Shown here: one piece after another, positions 27,436-37,879 of the stretch
Layout: every line of letters begins with the position of its first letter
How positions within the stretch are numbered: position 1 is the stretch's first letter
Origin: a virus
Taxonomy: Duplodnaviria; Caudoviricetes
Direction: 5' to 3' (one strand)
DNA length: 57,314 nucleotides
IMG/VR virus record: IMGVR_UViG_3300020438_000044
Span: 1-57,314 of that record
The notes under the pieces: generated by a model
The model's input: only the letters and a program-made list of their open reading frames with translations
Database searches by the model: none
What the model was told of the DNA's origin: nothing
Position numbers and translations under genes: made by a program

Positions 27436-28536
27436 ATGGCTACACAACAACAAGACCCTCAAATGGCAGCAGACGCAATCAATCGTATTGCTTCAAACCA
27501 GTTGGGCGTTCCAACGCAACAGGCGCAAACACAACAACCTGCTCCTCCTGCATCACAACCACAAGCACCTAAAGCACCACCTAAAGACTCTGCCGCTGAA
27601 CAAGCCGCTTCTAAAGGTTCGCCTGATACTGAAGGCGATAAGATGTCTGCTGAGGCAATCATCTATGAAATAGACTTTGGTGACATGGATAAAGAAGGCA
27701 ACAAGAAAAAAAGAGAACTTACGCCTAATCAAATTAAATCTACATTCGAAAGGTATTCGGCACTTAATCACAAGAATGCAGTATATAAACCAATCACAGA
27801 CGTTATTGACCAATATATGAGAACTAATCCTGGTGTATCAACAAAACAAATAGCAGAACAACTGGCAAATATTTCAAAGGCAGGCGAGTCAAATCCCACA
27901 ATGGGAAATACAAAAGGTGACAAGCCAGGCGTTTATGAAAAAGACACTGCTCTTAAATCTGGTGATGTAGAAGCGTCTCTCAAGAAATGGGAAGAAGACA
28001 ACGCAGTAACTCTACCACCTGGCTTTAGAGACATGATGAACATGTCTGCACAAGGCAATAGTAATGTTGGTGCTATGCAACAAGAACTTGCACAGGTAAA
28101 AAACATGTTACGTCAAGTCGTAGCACAGAGTGCAGGTATGGCAGACGCAGCAAAAGCAGGTTTCCAAACTGGTGAAAACGCACAAATATCAGCAGCTAAA
28201 CAAACAATAGCAAATAATTTAGACAGAGTTCAACAAGCTTTAGGTCTGGCAGACGGAGACGCACAAGAGTTTCAGATGTTTGCAGCAGAACGTGGATATA
28301 CAATGGAAGACTTTGCAGACCCACAGCTTACAATTAAAGTAATGACAGATTACAAAAATAACAAATCATCGCCAGAGATGGCTAGACTTAGAGACATCAT
28401 GGGCAAAAGACAAGCGTTTACTGGTAGCGTAGGTCAAACTGCCAATGCAGATGTTGGTGCAGGAGCATCAGAACAATCATCTCCCTCTACCTTTGATAGA
28501 TTTACAAATAATGTAATGACTCAAAAAGGTTACTAA
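27436..28536 (+). CDS. Capsid scaffolding protein
   Basis: Q/A/P-rich disordered N-terminus, helical body, directly upstream of the MCP. Confidence 0.75.
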   Translation: MATQQQDPQMAADAINRIASNQLGVPTQQAQTQQPAPPASQPQAPKAPPKDSAAEQAASKGSPDTEGDKMSAEAIIYEIDFGDMDKEGNKKKRELTPNQIKSTFERYSALNHKNAVYKPITDVIDQYMRTNPGVSTKQIAEQLANISKAGESNPTMGNTKGDKPGVYEKDTALKSGDVEASLKKWEEDNAVTLPPGFRDMMNMSAQGNSNVGAMQQELAQVKNMLRQVVAQSAGMADAAKAGFQTGENAQISAAKQTIANNLDRVQQALGLADGDAQEFQMFAAERGYTMEDFADPQLTIKVMTDYKNNKSSPEMARLRDIMGKRQAFTGSVGQTANADVGAGASEQSSPSTFDRFTNNVMTQKGY

Positions 28537-28549
28537 TTACCAAAAACTT

Positions 28550-28587
28550 ACCCCCTAGTTAAGGCATTTTCTAGGGGGTCTTTTTTT
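28550..28587 (+). terminator. Rho-independent terminator after the scaffold gene
   Basis: ACCCCCTAG/CTAGGGGGT stem plus T7. Confidence 0.8.
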
Positions 28588-28593
28588 ATAAGG

Positions 28594-28626
28594 GTAGACA
28601 GACTTATTATTATTAGTTAATACTAT
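28594..28626 (+). promoter_or_regulatory. Putative late promoter of the MCP gene
   Basis: GGTAGACAG identical to 3395-3403; N18 then TAATACT (imperfect -10); lies just after a terminator. Confidence 0.5.
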
Positions 28627-28723
28627 ATATATGCGCTACGGCTCATATATATAAGAGATTAACGATGGACTTCCGTGAACCTCGCTTAAAATTTTAATTT
28701 TGTTTTTTTAAGGAGAAACTACA

Positions 28724-29920
28724 ATGGCCCCTATTCAAGGCATGAGAGGGACAGGCGAGTTCGGTTCAGACTTCCGTCCTAAAAACTACAGAGAGTTATT
28801 CACTCTTTTAGAACCAAATGGTAATGCACCATTAAACGCTATGTTAGCTATGGGTTCATCAGAACCAACAGACGACCCTGAGTATAAAAACTTCAGAGAC
28901 GAGTTGCCTGATAGAGTTATCACAGTTAACGGAGCAGTAAACTCAACGTCTACAGCATCAATAACAATAGATGCAGCAGACGACAACAAGTTTGCAATTA
29001 AAGGTGCAATCGTTATAAACCAAACTACTGGTGAAGTTATGCATGTTACTGCTGATACAACAGCAACAACTCTTGCTGTTACTCGTAACATCGGAGGCAC
29101 TTCTCACCAGATTGCAGATAATGCAGTCCTGTTTGTAGCAGGCTTTGCGGCAGCTGAAGGTGCAACATCACCAACAGCAATCACATTTGATGCTACAGTA
29201 ACCAACAACTTCACTCAGATTTTTAGAACTGCTTTCCAAGTATCAAATACTTTGGCAAGTACCTACCTAAGAACTGGTGATAAGATGGACGAATCAATGA
29301 CTAAGGCATTAAAATTACATATGTCTGACATTGAAAGAGCTATGTTCTTCGGTAATAAAAACGAAGCAAGTGGTTCAACTGCAAGTCCAACTAGATACAC
29401 AGGTGGTTTAACTAACTCACTAACTAACGTGGTAGACTTGGCAACAAGTAACGCTACCTATGGTAGTAGTGCTGCAAACAATATGACTGAAGACGGCTTA
29501 GATAAGCTTTTGATTTCTACTATATTTAAATATGGTTCAAAGCAAAAGATAGCCTTTGTCGGTGAAACATGTGCAGCTTTATTACAAAAAATAGGTAAAG
29601 CACGTTGGCAACCAACAGCGATAGAAGGTAGCTATGGCATCAACCTAACACAATACAGCACTTTCGCAGGTGACTTGATGGTACACTTACACCCACAGTT
29701 CCGTCAGTTAGCTCATATGAAAACTGCAATGGTTATTGTTGATTTCCCATATCTTGTTTATCGTTACCTAGAAGGTCGTGACACTCAACTTTTAGAAAAT
29801 CGACAAGCAGTAGATGCTGACTCTATGAAGAGTGAATATCTAACTGAGTGTGGATTAGAACTTCTACAAGATAAAGTTCATGGTTATGTTAAAAACTGGG
29901 CAGGCGTAGCCGCATCTTAG
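28724..29920 (+). CDS. Major capsid protein (DUF5309/SU10-like)
   Basis: NFTQIFR, DIERAMFFG, TGGL, TECGLE; strong RBS; flanked by terminators. Confidence 0.9.
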   Translation: MAPIQGMRGTGEFGSDFRPKNYRELFTLLEPNGNAPLNAMLAMGSSEPTDDPEYKNFRDELPDRVITVNGAVNSTSTASITIDAADDNKFAIKGAIVINQTTGEVMHVTADTTATTLAVTRNIGGTSHQIADNAVLFVAGFAAAEGATSPTAITFDATVTNNFTQIFRTAFQVSNTLASTYLRTGDKMDESMTKALKLHMSDIERAMFFGNKNEASGSTASPTRYTGGLTNSLTNVVDLATSNATYGSSAANNMTEDGLDKLLISTIFKYGSKQKIAFVGETCAALLQKIGKARWQPTAIEGSYGINLTQYSTFAGDLMVHLHPQFRQLAHMKTAMVIVDFPYLVYRYLEGRDTQLLENRQAVDADSMKSEYLTECGLELLQDKVHGYVKNWAGVAAS

Positions 29921-29941
29921 GAGATTGATTTTCCTCAATGT

Positions 29942-29970
29942 AAAAAGGGAGCATTTTATGTTCCCTTTTT
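29942..29970 (+). terminator. Terminator after the MCP gene
   Basis: AAAAAGGGAGCAT-TTT-ATGTTCCCTTTTT. Confidence 0.8.
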
Positions 29971-30055
29971 ATGTTTTTTTAGGGTATAATCATACATAAG
30001 GATATAAAACTACCCACCTGGTGGTCTTTATACGAAGACATTTTTGGAGAGATAC

Positions 30056-30346
30056 ATGGCAGAATCAAGTAAAACTAAAAAAGTTAGAGCTAGAAACGCA
30101 GATGGCACACTCAAGTCAGATGACAAAAGTACACCGAATGTAAACGAAGCATGGGTACAACCAACTGCTTCTACTGTAATTTATGAAAGCAAAGAAAAAG
30201 AACCTTACATGTTTGAATGTGCAGACATTAGAAGCACAAGAAATACAATCTCTGGCTTATGCGAATGGGAAGTTGAAAAATCAGACACTGAGAGATTTGA
30301 AAAACACCACTTCTTTTTAAACGGCAGAGTAAGAAGAAAGGCTTAA
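30056..30346 (+). CDS. Small virion-associated protein
   Basis: GGAG RBS; RARNADGTLKSDDKSTPNVNEAW motif. Confidence 0.7.
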   Translation: MAESSKTKKVRARNADGTLKSDDKSTPNVNEAWVQPTASTVIYESKEKEPYMFECADIRSTRNTISGLCEWEVEKSDTERFEKHHFFLNGRVRRKA

Positions 30347-30349
30347 CAT

Positions 30350-30988
30350 ATGGCACTTTACCTACCAGACGGAAGAGTATGGACAGGCGACACGCATACT
30401 ATGACAGACGGAAGTGTTATGTCTGGAGCTACCCATACATCTGAAAGTCAAAAACTTTCTACTGAAAAAAGTAATTCTAACCCCCACATAAAATCTGGCT
30501 ACTCGCCTCTAAGAACTTTGTGCATGTCTGCACTAAGAAGATACGGAGAGTTTTCACCAGGCACTGTGGACGGAGACGTGCTTCTCATGTTTATAGAATT
30601 TGCAAACATGGTTATAGACGATATAAGAATGCACCCTTACGCACCAACAAAGAATGACACAGACAGTTCTGGTTCAAATATTGTTGTTCCAGTAACATTT
30701 GACTATTACGAAAGTCTTGATGATGTAAGAGAAGTTGATGATGTTATTATTGTGCAAGGTATTCTTTATCATTATGCAGTACAACAAGGCAGTGAAAAGA
30801 TACAGTTCTATATGCCTATGTACCACAGAACTTTAAATCAGCAGTTATGGAGACGACTTAACGGATATACAATTAGGTACAAAGAAAAAACTAATTACGA
30901 TAGGTCAGAGCCTTACGCAAATCTTGAATTACTTAATAGGAACAATAGCGGCACAACAAGTACATCATATACTGGCAGTTCCAGTTAG
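30350..30988 (+). CDS. Head-tail adaptor / tail tubular A-like protein with N-terminal His/Met mini-domain
   Basis: Position after MCP and size; HTMTDGSVMSGATH. Confidence 0.6.
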   Translation: MALYLPDGRVWTGDTHTMTDGSVMSGATHTSESQKLSTEKSNSNPHIKSGYSPLRTLCMSALRRYGEFSPGTVDGDVLLMFIEFANMVIDDIRMHPYAPTKNDTDSSGSNIVVPVTFDYYESLDDVREVDDVIIVQGILYHYAVQQGSEKIQFYMPMYHRTLNQQLWRRLNGYTIRYKEKTNYDRSEPYANLELLNRNNSGTTSTSYTGSSS

Positions 30989-30995
30989 GAGTTAA

Positions 30996-32507
30996 ATGAC
31001 AAGTCCTGTTAAATCACCAAGTGGAGTAAGGGTCAAAAGTTACCCTTACGAAGACTTTCAAGGATTAGATACTTCTCGTGATGTTACTTCTTTAGATACT
31101 GGTAAACAACAACATCTTGCAAAGCTTACCAACGCCACATGTGATTGGCGTGGTCAGATAGTAAGAGAGCCGTCTGCCAAGTTTAGAAAAGGAACTTTTC
31201 CTGTAAATCACGTTAGATACTTCAACACAACAGAAGCTTTTTTTGTAGAACAGACAGGTTCTGGTATTACATTTAAGTCTGAACGTGACCATGTTTTAGA
31301 AGACGTACACCCAACGTCTGCAATAGTATCGACAACAATTTTTAATCAAAAAGTACAAATTTCTTGCAGACAGCGACCAATGTATATGTACGATGGAACA
31401 ATATTTAAACGAAACCAATCAAAAGCCATTAACGATTTAAAGCCTGCATTCTGCACGTCTATACAAAGACGTCTGGTGGTAGCAGGCATTAATGGCAAAG
31501 AAACAGAAGTCCATTTTTCTCGTGTTGACCAAGATGAGATTTTTCCTGATGACGAACAAGATACAAGTACAAACGTGTTACGTGCAGGCTTTATTGACAT
31601 AGCAAATCTACTTGGTTCAGCAGACAAGATAACAGGGCTAGGTACATTCGAACAAAATAGACTTGTCGTCTTTACAAGTGACAAGGCTGTTATCTATAAG
31701 ATAGACCCTAGCATAAGCAACTGGTTATTAGATGACAATGCATACGTCAACATTGGTTGCGTAAGCCATAATACAATACAAAACGCAGGAACAGATTTAC
31801 TATTCTGCTCTCGCTCTGGCATACACTCTGTTAAAAGGTCAGAGGATAATGGGCTTCTGGTTTATTCGTACAGTCTTTCAGATAAAGTAGACATATTGTA
31901 CAGAGAACTTTTTAATTCATGTCCAAACCCAGAACTTATCAGTGCTGTCTTTGACCAAGACTCAGCACAGTATCATGTATTTTTTCCACAGTCTGGTGAT
32001 TTTTTATGTAAAAGACTTACATTATCTATGAACCCAGAAGGTGGTCAGGCACAACCTAAGTACAGTCAAGGTGATTTTTTAAATGCTAGATGTGGAGATT
32101 TTTTAAACGGCAAGCTTTTATACGGAACAACTGGTGGAATACATGAAGTTTTACAACCAGAACAAATAGATAAAGACGCTGTAACACCAAATATAGGTAT
32201 AACAACACCCTTACTTTGGCACGGAAGTTTAGAAGAAACAAAAGAAACACATAGCGTAGTAATACAAGCAGCAGGAAAAGGCATTATAAATGTAGATGCA
32301 CAAGACTTACACGGCAGAACAATAGGTTCATTAGTTATAGAAGTTGATGACACATCGGACGACAACTACTTCCAAGATGTGCCATTATCTAAACAATACG
32401 AAAGAAGTTGGAAACATAGATACAAAGCCGCACAGTATAGAATAACGACTACTGGTGGCGAAGGTTTATTAAGAGTTATAGGATTTGCAGTAACTGTGAG
32501 GGCATAA
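30996..32507 (+). CDS. Tail nozzle / tubular protein B-like (P22 gp10-like)
   Basis: FQGLD start, beta-propeller-like pattern, NIGCVS motif; position. Confidence 0.75.
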   Translation: MTSPVKSPSGVRVKSYPYEDFQGLDTSRDVTSLDTGKQQHLAKLTNATCDWRGQIVREPSAKFRKGTFPVNHVRYFNTTEAFFVEQTGSGITFKSERDHVLEDVHPTSAIVSTTIFNQKVQISCRQRPMYMYDGTIFKRNQSKAINDLKPAFCTSIQRRLVVAGINGKETEVHFSRVDQDEIFPDDEQDTSTNVLRAGFIDIANLLGSADKITGLGTFEQNRLVVFTSDKAVIYKIDPSISNWLLDDNAYVNIGCVSHNTIQNAGTDLLFCSRSGIHSVKRSEDNGLLVYSYSLSDKVDILYRELFNSCPNPELISAVFDQDSAQYHVFFPQSGDFLCKRLTLSMNPEGGQAQPKYSQGDFLNARCGDFLNGKLLYGTTGGIHEVLQPEQIDKDAVTPNIGITTPLLWHGSLEETKETHSVVIQAAGKGIINVDAQDLHGRTIGSLVIEVDDTSDDNYFQDVPLSKQYERSWKHRYKAAQYRITTTGGEGLLRVIGFAVTVRA

Positions 32508-32508
32508 A

Positions 32509-34068
32509 ATGGTTAGATTAAGACAACAATATCCACAAAACTATGGTTCAAGTGGCAATATAAATACTGAGTTTGAAAATCTTACTCGTTATTTAAATTC
32601 AGCAGAGCTTGGAGATAACACTGTTGGAGAGCTACTAGCTAAAATTTTTGATACAGGAGGAAACTGGACAGGTCCTGTTGAGATGAGATTAGATTCAAGC
32701 TCTGGTCTACAATACAGAGTTGGCTCGTACACAGACGCAAATACTGGGTGGCTAACACTTGCTACATTGGCAAATATAAAAGGTGCAGACGGCTCAACAG
32801 CAGGTACAGTTGGCGCACCTATTTTTCACGCAAGGCAAGACACAACTATCTCAGGAACTCCAACAGTTGTAGATTACGCTCACAATAGTACAGACGAACT
32901 TGTTGTGTATAGGGAGGGAAAATTACAACAGCCAGGTGGAAGCAATGACTATACTTCAAGCCCAACTGCTGGCACATCAAGTAATGGCGCAGTTACTTTT
33001 ACTGGTGCTTTAACTAATGGCGATAAAATAACTATATATAAAGTTCGTTCATCAGCGATAACAGGATACGTAAGACAAGACACTACAGTGTCAGGTTCGC
33101 CAACACAGGCTTTTATTTTTACCCATAATGAAAACCAAGAACTTAAAGTTTGGAGAAATGGTTTGCTTCAAAGAGGAGGGGGTAATGATTATACTTCAAG
33201 TTCTGCTACTAACACAGTTACATTTGCTAGTGCGTTACCTGTTAATGACCTTGTAACTATTATTACAGTTGAAAACACATCAGAAAATGCTGTGACAGGT
33301 CTTCTTATGGAATCAACTTATGCTGATACAGCAACAGGATTACTATTATTTAATAAAATAGGAATAGCTGATGGTGCAATAGCACAGGCAAAAGTATCTG
33401 GTCTTGCAACAGGATTAGCCGCAAAAGCAAAGATAACAGTTGCAAGCTCTACACCATCAAGTCCTGCAACTGGTGATTTGTTTCTTGATACATCGCAGAC
33501 ACCTAACATTCTAAAGTTTTATGATGGCACTCAATTCTTGCAGACGTCTCCAGAAAGTTCTTTGCCTACGTTTGCTGCATCTGACGCAGGAAAGTTTGTC
33601 CAAGTTAATGGAACAGGGACAGCACTTGTATATGGTGCTGTAGATTTAAGTAGTGTTATAGCTACAACTCAAAAGGGAGCAGCGAGTGGAGTGGCTACAT
33701 TAGATAGTGGTGGTCGTCTGCCTTCTACACAGTTGCCTACATCACTAGCAACAAATAGTTACTACCATACTATTGCAACTCCTTCTAATACAACGACTAC
33801 AATAAAAAGAGTATTTAAAGAGAAGATACAAATAAATGGTCTGTCAGTTTTTACAGCTTCTGGAACAATATCACTACAGTTGGCTGTAAATGGTGTTGGT
33901 CAAGGAAGCACATACTCTGTATCATCAACTAATCAAGATGTAACATTATCGACAGCAATAGAAGTTGATGCAACATCAGCAAGCAAATCAATACAATTTA
34001 TAACAACAAACAATAGTAGTGCTTCTGGACTTGAACTAACAGTAGCAGTAAGTATAGTATCGACTTAA
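32509..34068 (+). CDS. Tail fibre/spike protein
   Basis: Two VY/WR(E/N)G.LQ...NDYT repeats; GAASGVATLDSGGRLP fibre motif. Confidence 0.75.
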   Translation: MVRLRQQYPQNYGSSGNINTEFENLTRYLNSAELGDNTVGELLAKIFDTGGNWTGPVEMRLDSSSGLQYRVGSYTDANTGWLTLATLANIKGADGSTAGTVGAPIFHARQDTTISGTPTVVDYAHNSTDELVVYREGKLQQPGGSNDYTSSPTAGTSSNGAVTFTGALTNGDKITIYKVRSSAITGYVRQDTTVSGSPTQAFIFTHNENQELKVWRNGLLQRGGGNDYTSSSATNTVTFASALPVNDLVTIITVENTSENAVTGLLMESTYADTATGLLLFNKIGIADGAIAQAKVSGLATGLAAKAKITVASSTPSSPATGDLFLDTSQTPNILKFYDGTQFLQTSPESSLPTFAASDAGKFVQVNGTGTALVYGAVDLSSVIATTQKGAASGVATLDSGGRLPSTQLPTSLATNSYYHTIATPSNTTTTIKRVFKEKIQINGLSVFTASGTISLQLAVNGVGQGSTYSVSSTNQDVTLSTAIEVDATSASKSIQFITTNNSSASGLELTVAVSIVST

Positions 34069-34478
34069 TGAAAGTAAAGGTAATAACTGATGAACCAAAA
34101 AGAGTTACCGAATGGGCTTCAAAGTATCTTGAAAACCAACCGAGTTTTGATTCGACACAAGCATTTGGCTTTGAACTCAAAGGTAAACTTATTGGAGCAG
34201 TCGTCTTTACAGACTACAGTAAGAATGACATTCATGTATCAGTTGTCTCAAAAAATCCTATTTTGTGGCAAAGACGCTATCTTAAAGTTATGTATGACTA
34301 TGTATGGAATCAATGTGGCTGTTTACGAATATCTGCAATGGCTAGTGAAGTTAATCATAAATCAAGGAAACTTCTTGAAAAACTTGGGTTCAAAGAAGAA
34401 GGCAGACTTAGAAACTTTCACGGAGAGCATGATGGAATCGTTTATGGGCAGTTACGTTCAGAATGTAAATGGATATAA
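34068..34478 (+). CDS. GNAT-fold acetyltransferase-like protein
   Basis: NHKSRKLLEKLGFKEEG; typical position before ejection proteins. Confidence 0.8.
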   Translation: MKVKVITDEPKRVTEWASKYLENQPSFDSTQAFGFELKGKLIGAVVFTDYSKNDIHVSVVSKNPILWQRRYLKVMYDYVWNQCGCLRISAMASEVNHKSRKLLEKLGFKEEGRLRNFHGEHDGIVYGQLRSECKWI

Positions 34479-34492
34479 TAGGAGAATTTTAA

Positions 34493-36355
34493 ATGGCTAA
34501 AAATAGCGGCACTCCAATACCACCAGATTATACTGTTCAAAAAGGTGAGATTGCAAAAGCTACAGCAGAAGAATACAAAAAGAAAGCAGACGCATATAAT
34601 CAGTCTGTAGCAGATTATAATACTCAGTTAGGTGGATTTTCTACAAACTTAGGAAACATGAGTTCAAATCTTGCAGGTACAAGCTTTGTAGATTTTTATG
34701 ACGACCCCACTACTTCTATGAACGAAAATAAGTACAATCAATACTCTACAGATTTAAGAGGATACCAAACTGGTTTAAACCAGATGGGTATTTTTGATAC
34801 AGATAAACCAACATTTGCAAAAACAATCGACACTGAGTATGGAACAGTTACTATCAATGACATTCCAACATTAGATAAAGTAAACAATAATCTTTACAAT
34901 CAATTAGTTGGCTCTGCATCAAATCAGTTAGGTCAACTTGGCACTATGAAATCTCAAAGAGATGCAGAAGAAAAACGTATCCAAGATTTTAGAAACCAAT
35001 TACTAGGAGACTTGTCATTAGGAAGCACAGGCTTAAACCAACTAGGCATTGCAGACGAAAGAGGAATGAACCAGTTAGAAAGAGAGCTTGCACAACTTGA
35101 AGCAAGAAAAACTGGCTTTAGTTCATCTATCCTAGACCAAATGCTACCTACTGGCTTTGGAACTTTTGATACTCAAAAAGGAGTTTTAACAACAGGTCTT
35201 ACAGATTTAAGAAACCAAAGACAAGCAGAGCTTGATAGAATATCTCAATACGAAACAGATTTACTTTCTAATGTAGACGATTACAGAAATCGTTTTGGTG
35301 ACATGACTATCAGAGACGAAACAGGAATGCAGACATTACAAGACGAAATTGCTGATTTACAAAGAGGTGCAGGAAGATTTTCTAGTGAGCTTGGGTTTGA
35401 CTTTGGCGATGAGCTTGCAGAACTTAGTGGCGTTTCAAGAGATGTAAACAGGCTATCAGATGATAGAGCAAAAGAACTTGATAGAATACAAGGCTTTGAG
35501 TCAAATCTTCTTGATACAGCAAGAGGCATCGAATCAGCAGCAGAAACTGGTAGCATCTACAACGCAAACAACTTAAATGCTATTTCAGATGCTATAAGAG
35601 ATTTAGAAGAAGACAGGAAAGGGTTTACTTCCGAACTTGATTTTGATTTTAGTAATGTAGACAACCCACTCAACCAAGGAAGAACTGCATTAGAAAACTT
35701 GCAATCAGAAAGACAGACAGCACTAGACGACATATTAAATAATGTAACAGGTTTCGGTCCTGCATTAGAAGGTCTTGAACTGTCAGACGAAACAGGTATC
35801 AGAGACGTACAGTCAAACCTAAGAGAACAAAGAGGTGCTTTATCAGAGTTTACAGGTGGTAGAGTAGACGACATCAAAGCACAAATTGCTACAGGTCTTA
35901 CAAGTGTCGATGAAAAACTTTCTGAGCTTAGTACTAAAAGAAGCGAAATAGAAACTCAGGCACAAGAACTAAGAGATAAAATACTTAACTCTCAGTATTA
36001 TGGCACATCAGATTTGTCAGACCCTAATGCAGAGCTTACAGCTATGCAAGACCAAGTAGATTTATTTAACGCACAGCAAGCACTAGATGAGATAGATGCA
36101 ATTAGTAATGAGTTAAACTCTCAGCAGTACAGACTTGAGCAAGACGAAAGAAATGTACAAGCAAGAAAAGACAAGGAAATGCAAGACATCATAGCTTTGA
36201 TGGGCGAATCAGGAGTTGCTCAATTCCCAGAATACGCATTGCAAGACCCAATTTCTTTACAAAGGTATATGGCAATGCTGAACGATGAGGAAGAGTATGG
36301 TCAGTCAGGTGTTCCTGCGGCATCAACTTTTAGTCAAAATGTTATAAGGGCATAA
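34493..36355 (+). CDS. Internal virion / ejection protein with helical repeats
   Basis: Repeated I.DE.G...L...F(S/T)SEL.FDF units. Confidence 0.65.
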   Translation: MAKNSGTPIPPDYTVQKGEIAKATAEEYKKKADAYNQSVADYNTQLGGFSTNLGNMSSNLAGTSFVDFYDDPTTSMNENKYNQYSTDLRGYQTGLNQMGIFDTDKPTFAKTIDTEYGTVTINDIPTLDKVNNNLYNQLVGSASNQLGQLGTMKSQRDAEEKRIQDFRNQLLGDLSLGSTGLNQLGIADERGMNQLERELAQLEARKTGFSSSILDQMLPTGFGTFDTQKGVLTTGLTDLRNQRQAELDRISQYETDLLSNVDDYRNRFGDMTIRDETGMQTLQDEIADLQRGAGRFSSELGFDFGDELAELSGVSRDVNRLSDDRAKELDRIQGFESNLLDTARGIESAAETGSIYNANNLNAISDAIRDLEEDRKGFTSELDFDFSNVDNPLNQGRTALENLQSERQTALDDILNNVTGFGPALEGLELSDETGIRDVQSNLREQRGALSEFTGGRVDDIKAQIATGLTSVDEKLSELSTKRSEIETQAQELRDKILNSQYYGTSDLSDPNAELTAMQDQVDLFNAQQALDEIDAISNELNSQQYRLEQDERNVQARKDKEMQDIIALMGESGVAQFPEYALQDPISLQRYMAMLNDEEEYGQSGVPAASTFSQNVIRA

Positions 36356-36358
36356 ATT

Positions 36359-37876
36359 ATGGGTTTTGGTTTACAACTATTAGGTCTGGGCATGTCAGGC
36401 ATCGGAATGATGCAACAAAACAAACGTGCCAAAGAAGCTCAAAGACTTCAAGAGTATATGTTTCGAGAACAGATGGACCTTCAAAGAGCTAACTTTGGGT
36501 TAGCTCAAGATGCATTTAGACAGAACACAGAAGAGAATGCATACAGAAGACAGATAGAGCAACTCAATAGGTTGATGGCTCAAGAAGAAAGACAGTACCA
36601 AATAAATGAGCTTGAGAAAAACAAACAAATACTTCTCGAAGAAAGACGAGCAGTAATAGAAAGACAGATAAAAGAAGACAAAGAAGCAGCCAAGCTCGCC
36701 GCTTTTAGAATGGAAAGACTTCTTAAAAACGAAGCGTTATCAGAACAGGAAAGAGCGTTTGCAATACAAGAGTTAAGAGAAGCACAGCGTATAGCACAGG
36801 GAGAAGCAGACGAAGACAAGAGAAGATTTTTAGAAGCACAGGAACTTAAAAAGATAGAGCGTGATTTCCAGATGCAAGAATACCAAGAAGCAAAAGCTTT
36901 GGCTGAAGGAGAGAAGGCAGAGCAGATGGCTTTCCGTGATAGAATAATGAACAACATAGATGGTCTTAGAACTGCACTTAGCGAAACTGCATCTAATCTT
37001 GGAGACGTTCCAGAAATACAAAGAATTACCCAAGGTGATATAAACGCAGAAACAGACAGACGTACTAAAGCTTATCAAAGCGATATAGACAGAGCAGCAG
37101 AAGCAGTTGCGTCTGTTAATGAAGCTGACTTAATGAGAGGTGGCATTGACAGAAGTTCTACAGCAACTGATGCTCGTGGCGAAATAGCAAGAAGAATTGC
37201 AGACGAATATCAAGGTGCAAGAATGAGAGCAGGTGATGATGCTCTATCATACATAACTGGTCAGAACCAAGCTCTTAACGCAAACCTAGAAGCTATACTT
37301 GGCAGACGTGGTGCAATACTAGACGAGACTGCAAGAATAGGTGGTGTAGGTATAGACCAGATGATGAATATGCAAAACATGCCATCAAGTCTTGGTGTTT
37401 ATAATATGGCAACCTCTGCTCCAAGTGCAGTTTACGACAGAACTGGCTTATCAGCAGGAAACTATCAGTCTCCTGTAAATATAGGTTCTGCAATTTACGG
37501 AGGCATGAACCCTATATCAAGCATAGCACAATATAGAAACTTACCATCTATGGTAAACAACGCAGGAATGAATGTTAAGTCTGCTGCCACAGGTCCAATA
37601 GCAATCAACGTACCTAATGCAAGTACTTACATGAGCAATGCAAATAACATTGGTCAAAATTTATTAACAGGTGCTACCTCAAGTTACAACAATGCCTTAA
37701 CAAGTTTAGCAAATGCAAGCTCTGGTTTTGGAATGGACTTACAAAAATTAGGTGCTGATTCTTACTATAGACAAGACGAAGGTGGCAATTATTTTGGTAA
37801 AAGATTTGATGATTATATATACAGTGGAATGGATAAGGCAGGTCAATTTTTAGGTGGATTATTTAATAGGGGTTAA
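36359..37876 (+). CDS. Internal virion / ejection protein
   Basis: Gly-rich hydrophobic N-terminus, long coiled coil. Confidence 0.65.
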   Translation: MGFGLQLLGLGMSGIGMMQQNKRAKEAQRLQEYMFREQMDLQRANFGLAQDAFRQNTEENAYRRQIEQLNRLMAQEERQYQINELEKNKQILLEERRAVIERQIKEDKEAAKLAAFRMERLLKNEALSEQERAFAIQELREAQRIAQGEADEDKRRFLEAQELKKIERDFQMQEYQEAKALAEGEKAEQMAFRDRIMNNIDGLRTALSETASNLGDVPEIQRITQGDINAETDRRTKAYQSDIDRAAEAVASVNEADLMRGGIDRSSTATDARGEIARRIADEYQGARMRAGDDALSYITGQNQALNANLEAILGRRGAILDETARIGGVGIDQMMNMQNMPSSLGVYNMATSAPSAVYDRTGLSAGNYQSPVNIGSAIYGGMNPISSIAQYRNLPSMVNNAGMNVKSAATGPIAINVPNASTYMSNANNIGQNLLTGATSSYNNALTSLANASSGFGMDLQKLGADSYYRQDEGGNYFGKRFDDYIYSGMDKAGQFLGGLFNRG

Positions 37877-37879
37877 TGA

